A DNA stretch of 64,000 nt from the NCBI RefSeq assembly GCF_037042905.1, contig NC_087245.1:12092001-12156000 (forward strand). Direction: 5' to 3'. A model generated the notes under the pieces. The model saw nothing but the letters and a program-made list of their open reading frames with translations. It searched no databases and was not told the DNA's origin. The position numbers and the translations under genes were made by a program. Positions within the stretch are counted from its first letter, which is position 1, and each line of letters opens with the position of its first letter. This document shows, one piece after another, positions 11,001 through 22,701 of the stretch. The DNA is from Lytechinus pictus (taxonomy: Eukaryota).

Positions 11001-14000
11001 ATGAGAAATAATTTCAGATGATAGAGGATATTCTAAGCTTTAAAATGGTAGGTCATTTGTCTATTGTATTTGTGATTAAGTTATGATAAATCATCGATAA
11101 ATCTCGGTTTCGTTTTTTGTGGGACGCACTGTATAGCGCCAAATCAATTCATGAAAATCTTCAAGATACTGATAAAAAAGAAGATACACAAGAGGAAGCA
11201 GTAGAAGACTCATTAAAATCTTTCTCTTTTTCTATGTTTCTTTAAGCATTATTGTAATTTTATTCATGTTTATTTTTTTGAGCCAGGTTGTTTGGTTCTG
11301 ACTTCTGACACTTTAATTTTCACCCAAATCAATATTCTATGATACTTTTACAAATTATACAGTCAAAAATGTTGCATCAGATGCTGCTGTAGATGCTGCT
11401 GTAGATGATGATGAAGATGATGATGATGTTATCAGAGGAGGAGGGGATGGTTCAAGTATGCAGACAGAGCAGGTGACAGTAGTCAGGCAAAGAATAAGAG
11501 GTAAACAGACATACCAACCGTTCTCTTTTTAAAGTATTTGTTCCTCTTTTTGGCTATGAGTAAACCAATACTTTTTTGTATTATTTGTTACTTTTTTTTT
11601 AAATTTCTGATCATGGATTATGTATTATACACTGCGCGTGACACTAGCGCCGGTCCAACAGTCCCTGACAAGTAAAGATCACTGTCGGGCCAGTAACTTG
11701 TTGCATGAAAAAACAAGTAAATTCTAGCCCAAGAGCACATGTTTAAAAGGGTGAATTATCAAGTTTTCAAGTAGAGTCATTTCACATGTTTTTTCCCCGA
11801 TCTCACTACAACAGGCTGGCGATTGTTATGTTGAGCCAAATTTAAAAAAATACTTTTTTTTTCTTCTAAGAATACTTTTTTTGGTTGTAGAAGGTTGGCA
11901 GGTCTGGGTAAATCATTTTTATCACTTGTTTTAACTGACTAATGATATGAATGGTTAATGATCAACACTTCAATACAATATGATGCACCCATGACCCATT
12001 GCTATGAGCTTTAACCATTTCAGCATTGTTGTTGATGTTGATGGGGGAGGGGTTAAAATAAATTTCAAACAATTAATGAAAGGCAAAATTTCCACAATTA
12101 TATGTTGAAGCTCACTTCCTTGTGGGCCTGAAATATAACGGTGATAGTATTCATAGATACATCATTATATTTCTTTTCTTGCAATAATCAAACAATGCAA
12201 TTTTGCTGGAATGACTTTGAACCAAGAGTACATATTGATTCAAGATGAAATGTATGTATTGAGTATGAATTACTTTATGGAATTGATATGCATTCATTCA
12301 ATACCTGGGTTCCGTTGCAGAAAGAGTTGCGTTTAAACGCAAGTCAAAAAATCAATCGCAAGTCCCAAATGTGCGCTGTTGATTGGTTGCAACTTTCTGC
12401 AACGAGCCCAAGAAGTCATTGCCTTGTCAGACTATTATTTCGAATTACAATGCTGCAATGTCTCAGTTCTCCCCCCCTAAAAAAAAAAAAACCAAACAAA
12501 CAAATATCAAGCAAACAAAAAGAAATATCCTTAAACCTCTAAAGCTACAAGTAATTCAGATGATTAAAGAGCCCTATGTTTGAGGAAAGATTTCTGTCAA
12601 TTTATTTGACTCAGTTGAATGATTTCAATGGTCTTACTACCAGGTGAGGAAGACAGAAAACAAGAAATACAGCCAGTCGAGGTGATGGACTCAAATCATG
12701 GAACAGTAAATATCACTGGAGATAGACAAAGAGGTAAAATAATACCATTTTAATACAAGAAGGGGAAGGAAAAGATGAGAATAAGTAGAGATAAAAAAAA
12801 AGAAGGGGGAGGTTGAGAAGTTGAATGAAAAACATAAGAGAACAGAAGTCATGCTTTAATAGACCATGTAAGGGAGTAATATTCTGCTAAAATTATTCTG
12901 GACTAATTCTATATAATACTGCAATAGGGACGACTTATTAAGGAATGAGTAAATGTTTGTATCTTGAATTAAAGAGGTACTCCAGGCTGAAAATTGTATG
13001 GCTTGAACAGATAAAGAATTTTTAGACAAAGAAAATACTGCAAATTTGATCAAAATCGGACAAAGAATGACAAAAATATGACAATTAAAATATTTGCATT
13101 ATTTCGGTGAAACTGTTCTATGCATGTCTCATGAATATTCAATGATCAAATTGTTTATGTCCTATCCCTACTTGGTATTTTATTGTTCAAAATTATGTTT
13201 ATTAAGATTTTGTCCAAGAATTAAAAATACATGTATTGGATTGATTTAGTGCATGAGATATTCATTGCTGCAATTTATGTCACTTTAATGAAGACATATC
13301 ATACACACATGTATGAACATATGAAATAATTATGATTTTATATAACATAAGAAAAAAGGAAAGTAGGGACAAGGTATCATCAGCCCACCTACATATAATG
13401 AATAGTTATTATGAGGTGCGTATAACTGTTTTCACAAATTATTGCTTAACTTAAAAATTTAATAGCTTTTTTATCTGTAATAAGTTTTTGTATTGCCTAC
13501 ATAGCAGAGCGAGACTAAAGGCGGCGGCAGCGTCAACATCAAATCTTAACCTAAGGTTAAGTTTTTGAAATGACATCATAACTTAGAAAGTATATGGACC
13601 TAGCTCATGAAACTTGGACATAAGGGTAATCATGTATTACTGAACATCCTGCCTTGTTTTCGGGTCACATGACCTAGGCCAAATGTCATTTAGGGTCAAT
13701 AAACTTAGACCATGTTGGGTTAATCAGTATCGAAATCTTAACCTAAGGTTAAGTTTTTAAAATGTCATCATAACTTAGAAAGTATATGAACCTAGTTCAT
13801 GAAACTTACTCATATGGGTAATGAAGTATTACTGAACATCCTGCCCGAGTTTCAGGTCACATGACCAAGGTCAAAGGTCATTTAGGGTCAATGAACTTTG
13901 GGCATGTTAGGGGTATTTGTTGAATTTCGATCGTAACTTTAAATTTTTATGGAGCTAGTTCATTAAACTTGGACATAAGAATAATCACGTATCACTATTA

Positions 14001-16695
14001 AACATCCTGTGTGAGTTTCAGGTCACATGACCAAGGTCAAAGGTCATTTATGGCAAATGAACTTTGGTCATGTTGGGAGTATTTGTCGAATTGGCGTGAT
14101 AACTTAGAAAGTTTCTGGATCTAGTTCACGAAACATAGACATAAGGGTAATCAAGTATAAATTATTGCTTTGCACACATTTTAGATCACATGATCATGGT
14201 CAAAGGTCATTTTTGGTGAATGGACATATTTTTTTAATTTATCATATGTTTTCTTTTGTGAATAATTATACAATAATATAGCTGTCTTCAAAGTCAGCAC
14301 TTCTGCTATATCGAATCAAGTAATGCAGGCGAGACTGCCAGAGGCGTTCCACTTGTTTATTACATTTTCAGCATTTTGCTCAGCGAATTTTACTCCTTTT
14401 ATTTAGATATTATTATTTTCAGCCCAGAGTACCCCTTTAATCCAGAAAAAGCAGTAAAAAAAAATATAGAAAAGAAAGAATAGGAAGGAGGGAGGTATTT
14501 GTTCGAGTGAATCCACTTTACTTTTCCAGTCATGTCAAATATGATGTGTATCAGTGTTTACTCACCGCAAGGATAACATAATTCATGTTGGCTTGATATC
14601 ACTTTATTGAAATCACAGTAAAGGAAATAAATTTACAAAGTCAATACAAAGCATAATAAAGATTAAGATAGGTCCAGGTCATGATCGATGCATTACTGTC
14701 TATGCAGGGCAGTACTATAAAACTTCATGTACAGTTTCGATGTAAGTAACAGGTGCATAACTTAATCATATAACATATCTTAAAAATGACTATGTGAAAT
14801 GATAAAGAACAGCCAAAAGTTAGGGTAAATATAAGAAAAGGGGAGAAAAAGAAATATACATACACATACAAACATATTTATACTAAGTTTACAAATATTA
14901 GGTTGGGGCCAATCTCCAAAGCGTAGGCAAATATCAGGAATAATTCCGACCATAATATTAAATCTGATAGGCCTACCATTAAAATAAAAATTATGGATAA
15001 TGAACAAACTGTATACCATGTCATCAATGTCAATATAATGTCTAAACTTCAACATGTACATTATAGACTTAGAAAGAAGAAAGGGAAAGCAATAGAAAAG
15101 AAAGAAGGAAAGAGAAAGGAATGGAGATGGAACAAATAGAGAAAAGAGGGGGAATAGAAAAAGGAAAGAAATTGGGAGAAGAGAGAGAGAGAGAGAGAGA
15201 AGGGGAGATAGGGAGAGGGGAGAAGGAGAGAGAGAGATCGAAAATAGTAAACAATATGAGTTATTGCTCCAAAAGATTGGAATACCCCAGATGGATTCAT
15301 CCTTTGCACAATATATTAAGAAAGATGAAACAACCGTAATTTTACTCAAATTATCTCCAATATTGAAGGTTAGTAAACTGTAGGAGGTAACTAAATTTTT
15401 GGTACTTTTGAAATATTTGTACCAAATTAATCAGCTATTTAAAAGTGGACAAAATTGGTCTTTACAGTTCCCAATTCATTAAAAAATGGGCAAAGTAACA
15501 CAGTTCTGGTTCACTTTTGGTCTGAAGTTGTCGAAAACAGAAATCGGATACCAAATTACATGAAGAAAACGGTAAATTCGGAAGTTATTGAACAGGTCAG
15601 TAAGGTGAAGCACAGAGGGATGATGAGCTCGTTGACTGTGTGACGTCATTACTCTCGACTGTTTTCTAGTGCGCGATTGTCGGTCTGGGGGCGGCTGGGG
15701 GCTGAGAAGGGTCTCTAATAATTTCATTTCTTGCATTTCAACGACATCTATAAGACTTTTTAGTGACATATTTGTGTATAAAAAGACAAGACCTTTCCAT
15801 CCATTTATAATTTGTCTATAATCATCACTTTCGTGAATTTTCTTCGTGTGTGTACTGTAAGTCAACCTCTAAGAGCTAAGTGAACATATATGCATGTTCT
15901 TTTTGTAATTTCAGTTTCTATCTTTTTTTATTTAAGACTTACAATTTATAATTATATACAAAATTTAATTGATATGAAATTATCATGGGATTTGTCTTAG
16001 TTACAACCTTTGTTAACTCTTGGTATTGTCAATATCCATATTTATATGACACCTAGATAGATCCTTGTGATTTGATTGGTTGTTTGATATCGTTCATTCA
16101 ACCCATTTTGTAATGACGTCATAAACCGTGCAATTTTGGATCCATTCATCGTGCAATTTTGGATCCATACGATTTTGTCCATTGCACGCGTGCACCGAGA
16201 CTGCAGCAGGCACCAGCAGTGCGCATGTTGTAATGACGTAACAATCAACAGACCGAACTCGCACTGCTTGAGCGTGTTTTGCATCGAAATTCATAAATTT
16301 CATTTAAAAAAAAAATCAATTTTTAGGTGTCATATAAACCAAATAATGAATGTTTCTTCATTCATGCAATGGACAGATTAATTAATTCGGTGAAAGATGA
16401 AATAATGATCCATTCAACTCGGCTACGCCTCGTTGAATGAATCATTTCATCTTTCACCTCATAAAGTATTCTGTCCATTGCACTCATAAACATTCATTAT
16501 TTGTATATTACCCACTTATAAGGAGGAGACCCAACATCAAATATCAAAGTGGAGAGAATCACAGAGACGAAGGATGGGGACAAATCAAGAACAACGGTTA
16601 TCTGGACAGATGTCAGCAAAGAACAGATGGCCTTTCTAGGAATAGTCTTGTGTGTCGGTATTGGATTATTCTTCTACAGCCGGCGCAAGCATTGA
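8033..16695 (+). CDS. Death-domain protein with C-terminal tail anchor (MAVS-like architecture), about 297 aa. Coding exons 8033-8300, 8773-8886, 9404-9514, 11363-11500, 12644-12733, 16523-16695; possible extra cassette exon 15468-15599
   Basis: ATG 8033 has an in-frame TAA just upstream and A at -3. The first coding exon translates as a death-domain pattern (LFDELSKRF..YTTFCNKMGV..ALRDLLGQW..TRKQIEDALIQAEVGGLCSIV). All junctions are GT-AG and phase 1, and the joined 894 nt read open to TGA. The last exon encodes ...KEQMAFLGIVLCVGIGLFFYSRRKH*. Confidence 0.8.
10342..11131. mobile_element. Tc1/mariner-type foldback element
   Basis: TA|CAGTGCGTCCCACAAAAAACGAAACCGAGATTT ... AAATCTCGGTTTCGTTTTTTGTGGGACGCACTG|TA, with inverted arms of roughly 300 bp. 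Confidence 0.85.
12969..14440. mobile_element. TTAA-flanked element (Kolobok-like, family B) interrupted by a Helentron-like insertion
   Basis: TTAA AGAGGTACTCCAGGCTGAAAA ... TTTTCAGCCCAGAGTACCCCT TTAA. A related copy lies at about 61741-62312. Confidence 0.75.
13485..14357 (+). mobile_element. Helentron-associated (HINE/DINE-1-like) element with about 120-bp internal tandem repeats
   Basis: T-rich start, repeated GGTCACATGACCAAGGTCAAAGGTCA units, and a 3' end GCAGGCGAGACTGCCAGAGGCGTTCCACTTGTT. No TSD; second copy in opposite orientation at 38641-39465. The superfamily assignment is inferred from structure. Confidence 0.65.
16040..16505. repeat. Double-hairpin (palindromic) interspersed element directly upstream of the tail-anchor exon
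   Basis: TTTATATGACACCTA / TAGGTGTCATATAAA inverted pair, then a roughly 160-bp hairpin AAATAATGAATGTTT..TGCAATGGACAG..GGTGAAAGATGAAAT / ATTTCATCTTTCACC..CTGTCCATTGCA..AAACATTCATTATTT. Confidence 0.7.
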
Positions 16696-17065
16696 TAAAG
16701 GATTTTACTTTGGGTAATTCATTTCATAATTTCTCAGTCCACTATTAAGGTTTTGTAATGTCAGCACTATACACTATCACTTTATTTCCTGTATTAACTT
16801 CTTATACTACAGTACTACTTCTACCAAAATGTTGTGAACTTGTATTATATGGTAATATAAGGTTTTTTTTTCGTATGATTCATAGTGCCAATGATTCTAT
16901 ATACATGCACATTCCATGCCTTTGTATTGTGACATCATGAAGATTATAGAGGTATGCAGTTCACCATGTGAATACTGGATAGCAGTGCCTTGAGCACGTA
17001 ATCCATACGGGTTTGCTGCTTTATTGGGATGGTAAAATGAAGAGATGTTGATTGGATGAATAGAG

Positions 17066-17805
17066 CATGGACCTATTAGAGATGGACATTCAATGCTATC
17101 ATTTTCTTTGATCGAACGAGATCCGCCGCCTAGTGATTATGTGCATCTTAATGAGAACATTCAGGTGTTTGACAATCTTATAGCGACATCAAGGCGTATC
17201 TGATTATTTACAAAGACACAGCTTTCCTAGTTTTGGCTTTGTTGGCTGATGCCCTGTGTTAGAAAATGTTTTTCAATCAACATGCTTTAGTTTTGAAGCA
17301 GCAAAATTGAGAAGCAGACGATTTTGTGACATAATGTGTAATTATTTGATCCATGCACTTCCACACTTACATAATGACCTCAATAACATTAAGAGATAAA
17401 TGTTCTCTACAAGATGTGAGCCATGTATCTCTAGAATATTACGAAGAAAATCAGAAAAATGGGATTATAAGTAATAGACATTTAATCACAATATGGCCTA
17501 TATCTTACAATATGCATACATTTTCCCAAATAAAACACATGGAACTAAGATTGCCAAAGGTAAACCAGAACTGCACATCAATTTTCCAGGATTTAAGTGA
17601 TTTATCATCTTCTGCGCATACAGTTTGGTCAATATCAATGTCTAATCACGAACTGCTTCTTTCAACTCACGACCTAATTGACGGCAGAACACGATAGGAT
17701 AAAAGTACAAAAATATGAAGATAATGTTATTCAGAGTACAATGACAGTCAGATGTTAGTGAATTCATTAACTATGCGATGAGTGTCCATCTCTAATAGGT
17801 CCATG
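17066..17805. mobile_element. TIR element with CATG termini (P-element-like, non-autonomous) downstream of the death-domain gene stop
   Basis: CATGGACCTATTAGAGATGGACA ... TGTCCATCTCTAATAGGTCCATG (23-bp perfect TIR). Flanks AATAGAG / ATTAGAG. Confidence 0.7.
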
Positions 17806-18934
17806 ATTAGAGAAACGGATCCTAAAATTCCTTTTAAAAAAGGAAATCAACTATTCATTTTGAAAGCTGTTTGTCTATTAAAATAACTGAATCATATTTT
17901 TGGGGGGATTGAATTTTAGCATGCAAGTTTGGTTTACTTTCTATTTAAAGGCATCTGTGTTCCTCATGCATAATTCTATTGTTAAACAGCTGATTGAGGG
18001 TGATATATCATATCTCTGAGGAGAAGGGCTCAGATGCTTCTTAAAATAATGTAGAACCTGTGGGATGACATAAGGTCTTTTCTTAATTAGGAATGACCAA
18101 TCACTTTACCACAAATGTCAATTATTTCTCACATTCAGAAAACAATCGCTGGTTGTATTTTGTCAAACATACTTCATTACAATTTTGTTGGTTTCAGTGG
18201 TTTTGATTTGTTATTATGCTCTTCATGTAGATATTTTATCCCGACATGAATATTTTTTTTTTCAAATCATATGCTTGGAATAGAATTATTTGTTCTCCAG
18301 CTAGCGAAAGAAGCGAGTGATGGTTCCTGAATTTAAACTTGGCTCATATGTGCTGTTATAATTTAGGGGCCACAATGTCATAGAGGTCATGGCTCATTGT
18401 CTTCTTAACTTAAACAATAATACATATATATATTAATCAGAGTTAAATTTGCTTTACAAATACATTTGGGAGTGATGATCTGACATCATTATTAAATTTT
18501 TTTAAACATGTAGTGTCAGATAAAGTTATAAAAGTGTTAACATTTCATATGTTAAGCATGCTACGTATTTCTTATGTTTCTCATTATGTTATCATTACTA
18601 TTTTTGCTATTGTCATCCTTATCATTATTGCTATTATCATCATTATAACCATCCATATCAATTTTGCAGTATAACCTTTTTCGGTATTTGGTGTTGAAAA
18701 ATCATTCCAATAACTTTTCTCTTGTGTAGTTCATGAAATACTATGATCTTAGTGAAATGATCATATGAATTATGCTTATGAAACACAACACATGGCTGAT
18801 ATAGGGGTGATTCAAAAGAGTTAAGGAGTGGCCGAGGCCCAAGATACACATGCGTCGGGTTTGAAGCTGCCTCTGACTCTGGCCTCAAGCTTGCCATTTG
18901 GTGCATATACACATACGTCTTTCTTATGTTGAAG

Positions 18935-19276
18935 AGCTGTGATGTAGTGGTTCTGACTCTCACCTTGTAATTGGAAGGTCATGTGGTCAAATCCCACCGT
19001 GGCCTAGCGTCTTTTGGCAAGGCGTTTATCCACACTTTTGCCTCACCCAGGTGCTAAATGGGTACCCGGTGGAATGCGAAAGTCATTTTAGCTTTCCCAG
19101 TATAGTGTGCACCTCAATGGCAACTGGCTGAAATACTTCCCAGTTATTGGAGGATGTGCATACATTGTGTGCAGGAATGACTGATTGAATCCGATGACAG
19201 GGGGTAATTTTATAAATCTGTACAATGTATCTCTTAAACACCTTATGAAAAGCCAGATTATTATTATTATTATCAT
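18935..19276 (+). mobile_element. tRNA-derived SINE
   Basis: Degenerate pol III A/B boxes (TGTAGTGG ... GGTCAAATCCC), central CACCCAGGTGCTAAATGGGTACC and an (ATT)n tail. Homologous to 40813-41152. Confidence 0.75.
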
Positions 19277-20578
19277 TTATAAAAATATAAAGTACACTAC
19301 TAAATAATTAATTCAAGATGATTTTATAATCATATATTTGTTTTCTTCTCACTTCATTGCAAGTTTTAGTTAATATGATACACCTGAATTTCGACACTTT
19401 CATACTTAAGATTTGAAAATTGATTTTGATAAAGCAAACTTTTTTAATCCCTGATGAAATTATTGTTAGATATGTACAGTTATTAATATATTTAATATCT
19501 TTCATATCTGTCATGGTGGTGTATTTTCTCAAATTGTACTTGTACTGATTTTGTATTTTGCTAAAGAAAATAAAATACCACAACTAATCCATGACAAAAA
19601 ATGGATGGCCAACAATCCTTTGGATTTTTATATTCTTATTCATCCAATTATGTAATGGGCAGAATAGGCGGGGGGGGGGGGGGCTGCAGAAGAAGTTTTA
19701 AAAAAATATGTGGGGATGGGAAGAATTTAATGAATTAAAATACTTACAAGGAATAGGAATAAAAATAACAACAACAAAAAACGAACATAGGTAACAGCAA
19801 AAAGAAAAGAGGTGGGAATGGAAAAACAAAGATGGGGGAAATTAAAGAAAATGAAAAAGGAGAAATAAAGTAAGAAAAAAAGGGAGGAAAGAAGAAGAGG
19901 GGTAATGATAAGAAGTATATATGGTGGAAGTGGAGCTAAAAATTTATACAAAGCAACTTCAACAATAGGAGAAGAGCACCAAAAAATTACTTGATTCCTC
20001 TGGGTTCGAGGCTATTATTTAAGGGCGTCTTATCCCTGTAAAAAAATGACACCTCGCAAATCCCCGATGTAAGAAAAAAAGTCATAAACAAATAATGATT
20101 ATATATGGCCTAAAAGAATATGTTCTCCCAAATAATTTGATATCATATTTATTTGGTATATGTTAGCGCTTGGATGATCTGGAGGTATTCTTTGCATTGA
20201 TGTAAATTTTAATTTGCGCCAAAGTAAGGCATGACTTCAATGAAAGAATGCAGATGTCATAATCCTACAAGGGTTTTCAATGATTTACATTATGATTGTT
20301 TAATAAACACTTTTAAGTATCAATTCTCCAGATAATTCAATTGAAAAGGAGATTTGCAAATAATTATGTTTACCAACTCATGTAGGATTATGACATCGTT
20401 GAATTATGTATTCATTCATGGCGCAAATCAAAATTTACATCACTGCAAAGAACACCTATACCGGTATTAGTTATCTAAGCGCGAAGACACACCTAATGAA
20501 TATGGGATCAAATTGTTTGGTAGAAGATGCTCTTTCCAGCCATATATACAAATTATGCGTTCACGACATATTTCTTCC

Positions 20579-21192
20579 TTAAAGGTCAAGTCCACCCCAG
20601 AAAAATGTTGATTTGAATAAATAGAGAAAAATCAAACTAGCAGAATGCTGAAAATTTCATCAAAATCGGCAGTAAAATAAGAAAGTTATGGTATTTTCAA
20701 GTTTCCCTTATTTTTCACAAAACTGTGATATCCACAACTCGGTGACATGCAGATCAGTCCGTCGATGATGTCCATCACTCACTATTTCTTTTGTTTTTTA
20801 TTGTTTGAATTATACAATATTTCATTTTTTACAGATTTGACAATAAGGACCAACTTGACTTAACCATATAGTATTAAACAATGCTGATTCCACATGTTCA
20901 GGGAGGAATTAATCGTTTCACTTGACAATGAGGGGAAAATTAAAATATTTCATATTTCATATAATAAAATACAAAATAAAAAGTGAGTGGATGACGTCAT
21001 CAGTCTCCTCATTTGCATACCGAACAGGGTGTACATAAAATTATAACTGATTTGTGAAATTAAGCGAAACTTTAAAATGTCATAACTTTCTTATTTTACA
21101 TTCGAATTTGATGAAATTTTCAGTGTTATGCTTGTTGGATTTTTCTCTTTTTATTCAAATCAACTTTTTGTTGGGGTGGACTTGTCCTTTAA
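20579..21192. mobile_element. TTAA-flanked non-autonomous element (Kolobok-like), family A
   Basis: TTAA AGGTCAAGTCCACCCC ... GGGGTGGACTTGTCCT TTAA, with long imperfect TIRs. Confidence 0.8.
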
Positions 21193-22132
21193 GGACGTTC
21201 CACAGTTATGTTTGTGCGCATTATGATCTGCGCATAGTTTACACTCTGCGCGCTGACGTCACAATGGATGAACAGGTGATTAATTAGCTGCGGGTAAGAG
21301 CTGATTTTTCTCATCTTCTGCACTTTAATTGCAGATCCGATGCGTTATTTCATGAAGCTAAAAAATTGAATTATTCCATGGACCATTCAAAAAAATATTC
21401 TCTACAATTTCAAAATACGTTACTCTGCAGTGCTGCCAAGAATCACGAATATTAGCCCGAGTTTGAATAAATGGTAGAGTGGTTTTGATTTTTTCTTCAC
21501 ATAGATACTAAGCATTCGGCCCATTTTTGGTGTTTTAAAAAGCACATTTGCTCTAATAAAAATGCTGATAGTTTAAAAACAAGCACATGAACCCCTATTT
21601 TTTTATGTTTGTACCTCTTAGGTATACCTTTCTCTACAACTCTGCAAATTTTGGTGAAGATGACATGGATTTTGAATAAAGTGCAGCATTTATTGTACGT
21701 TTGTAGTTTGTTACTGAAATTTTACATTTTTCAGATTGGGATTTTGTTATCTTTTACGCCATTTTTAAGAACTGACAGTGCTGTTAAACTTAAAATTGCA
21801 AACAAATAGCACTATTAATAGATTCTCCATTCTAACGATACAATTATTAACTCTCTTGCGAAGTTTGATGACTTTTTCATGTATTTTGAATGAGTAATGG
21901 AGGTTTAAACTCATTGTAGTAATCTTGGGCGGTCTAAAAATGCCAAATTCTTTTGAATGCGCAATTCTTAAGAACATCAATTTGGGTGAACTTTGAAGCT
22001 CTATAGCAAAAAATCAAGCACATGGACCTATGTTAATTTTTGCATATTTCGAATATTAAGGTTCTAAAGTATCTATGTGCAAAGTTTGGTGAAAATGACA
22101 TGGATTTTACTTTAACTGTGGAACGTCCTTAA
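21189..22132. mobile_element. TTAA-flanked element (Kolobok-like), different family
   Basis: TTAA GGACGTTCCACAGTTA ... TAACTGTGGAACGTCC TTAA. It shares its left TTAA with the preceding element. Confidence 0.8.
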
Positions 22133-22701
22133 GCATGTTAAGTTGGCGGTATGTCACGATAGGCATATGCGATTAAGGGCGCCTAAGCGACCGCGGTCCA
22201 TATTGGCACTTTAGCAGTGCACAGAAGGGAAATTAAACAGGGAGGGGGGGGGGGGAAATGGAAGGAGAAAAAAAAATAGATAATAGAGGTAAGAACAGTA
22301 AAAAGATCGGAAGGGGAATAATTAATAATTGGAAAAAGAAAAGCTTGCAGGTAATACAATAGAAATATCGCCCGCACTCGCATTGCCTATATACATAGTA
22401 CATATTTGATCAAGACGATAACGTATAAGGCTTAAGATATCCAAGTTTCAAATATGCACAAATTGTTTTGCTCGTCTTCATGGTGATCCGAAATTTCATT
22501 GTTTTATATTAGTGAGATATGCATCTCATCCATGATTAAAGTGAAAATTACATTTATATTTTAATGATTGCAATCACACTGAATATTTACTTAATGGCTC
22601 AAATAAAGTAAGAAATCGGCTGCAATATTAATGCATGTCTTGAATTTGGTTTCGTGAACAAATACAGCATGTACTCCATTTATTTTCTTGTATTTAGCTG
22701 A

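Noticed and set aside
14780..15349. 189-aa hydrophobic ORF
   Set aside because: It derives from a GA-rich low-complexity intronic tract, antisense to the death-domain gene, with no family motif.
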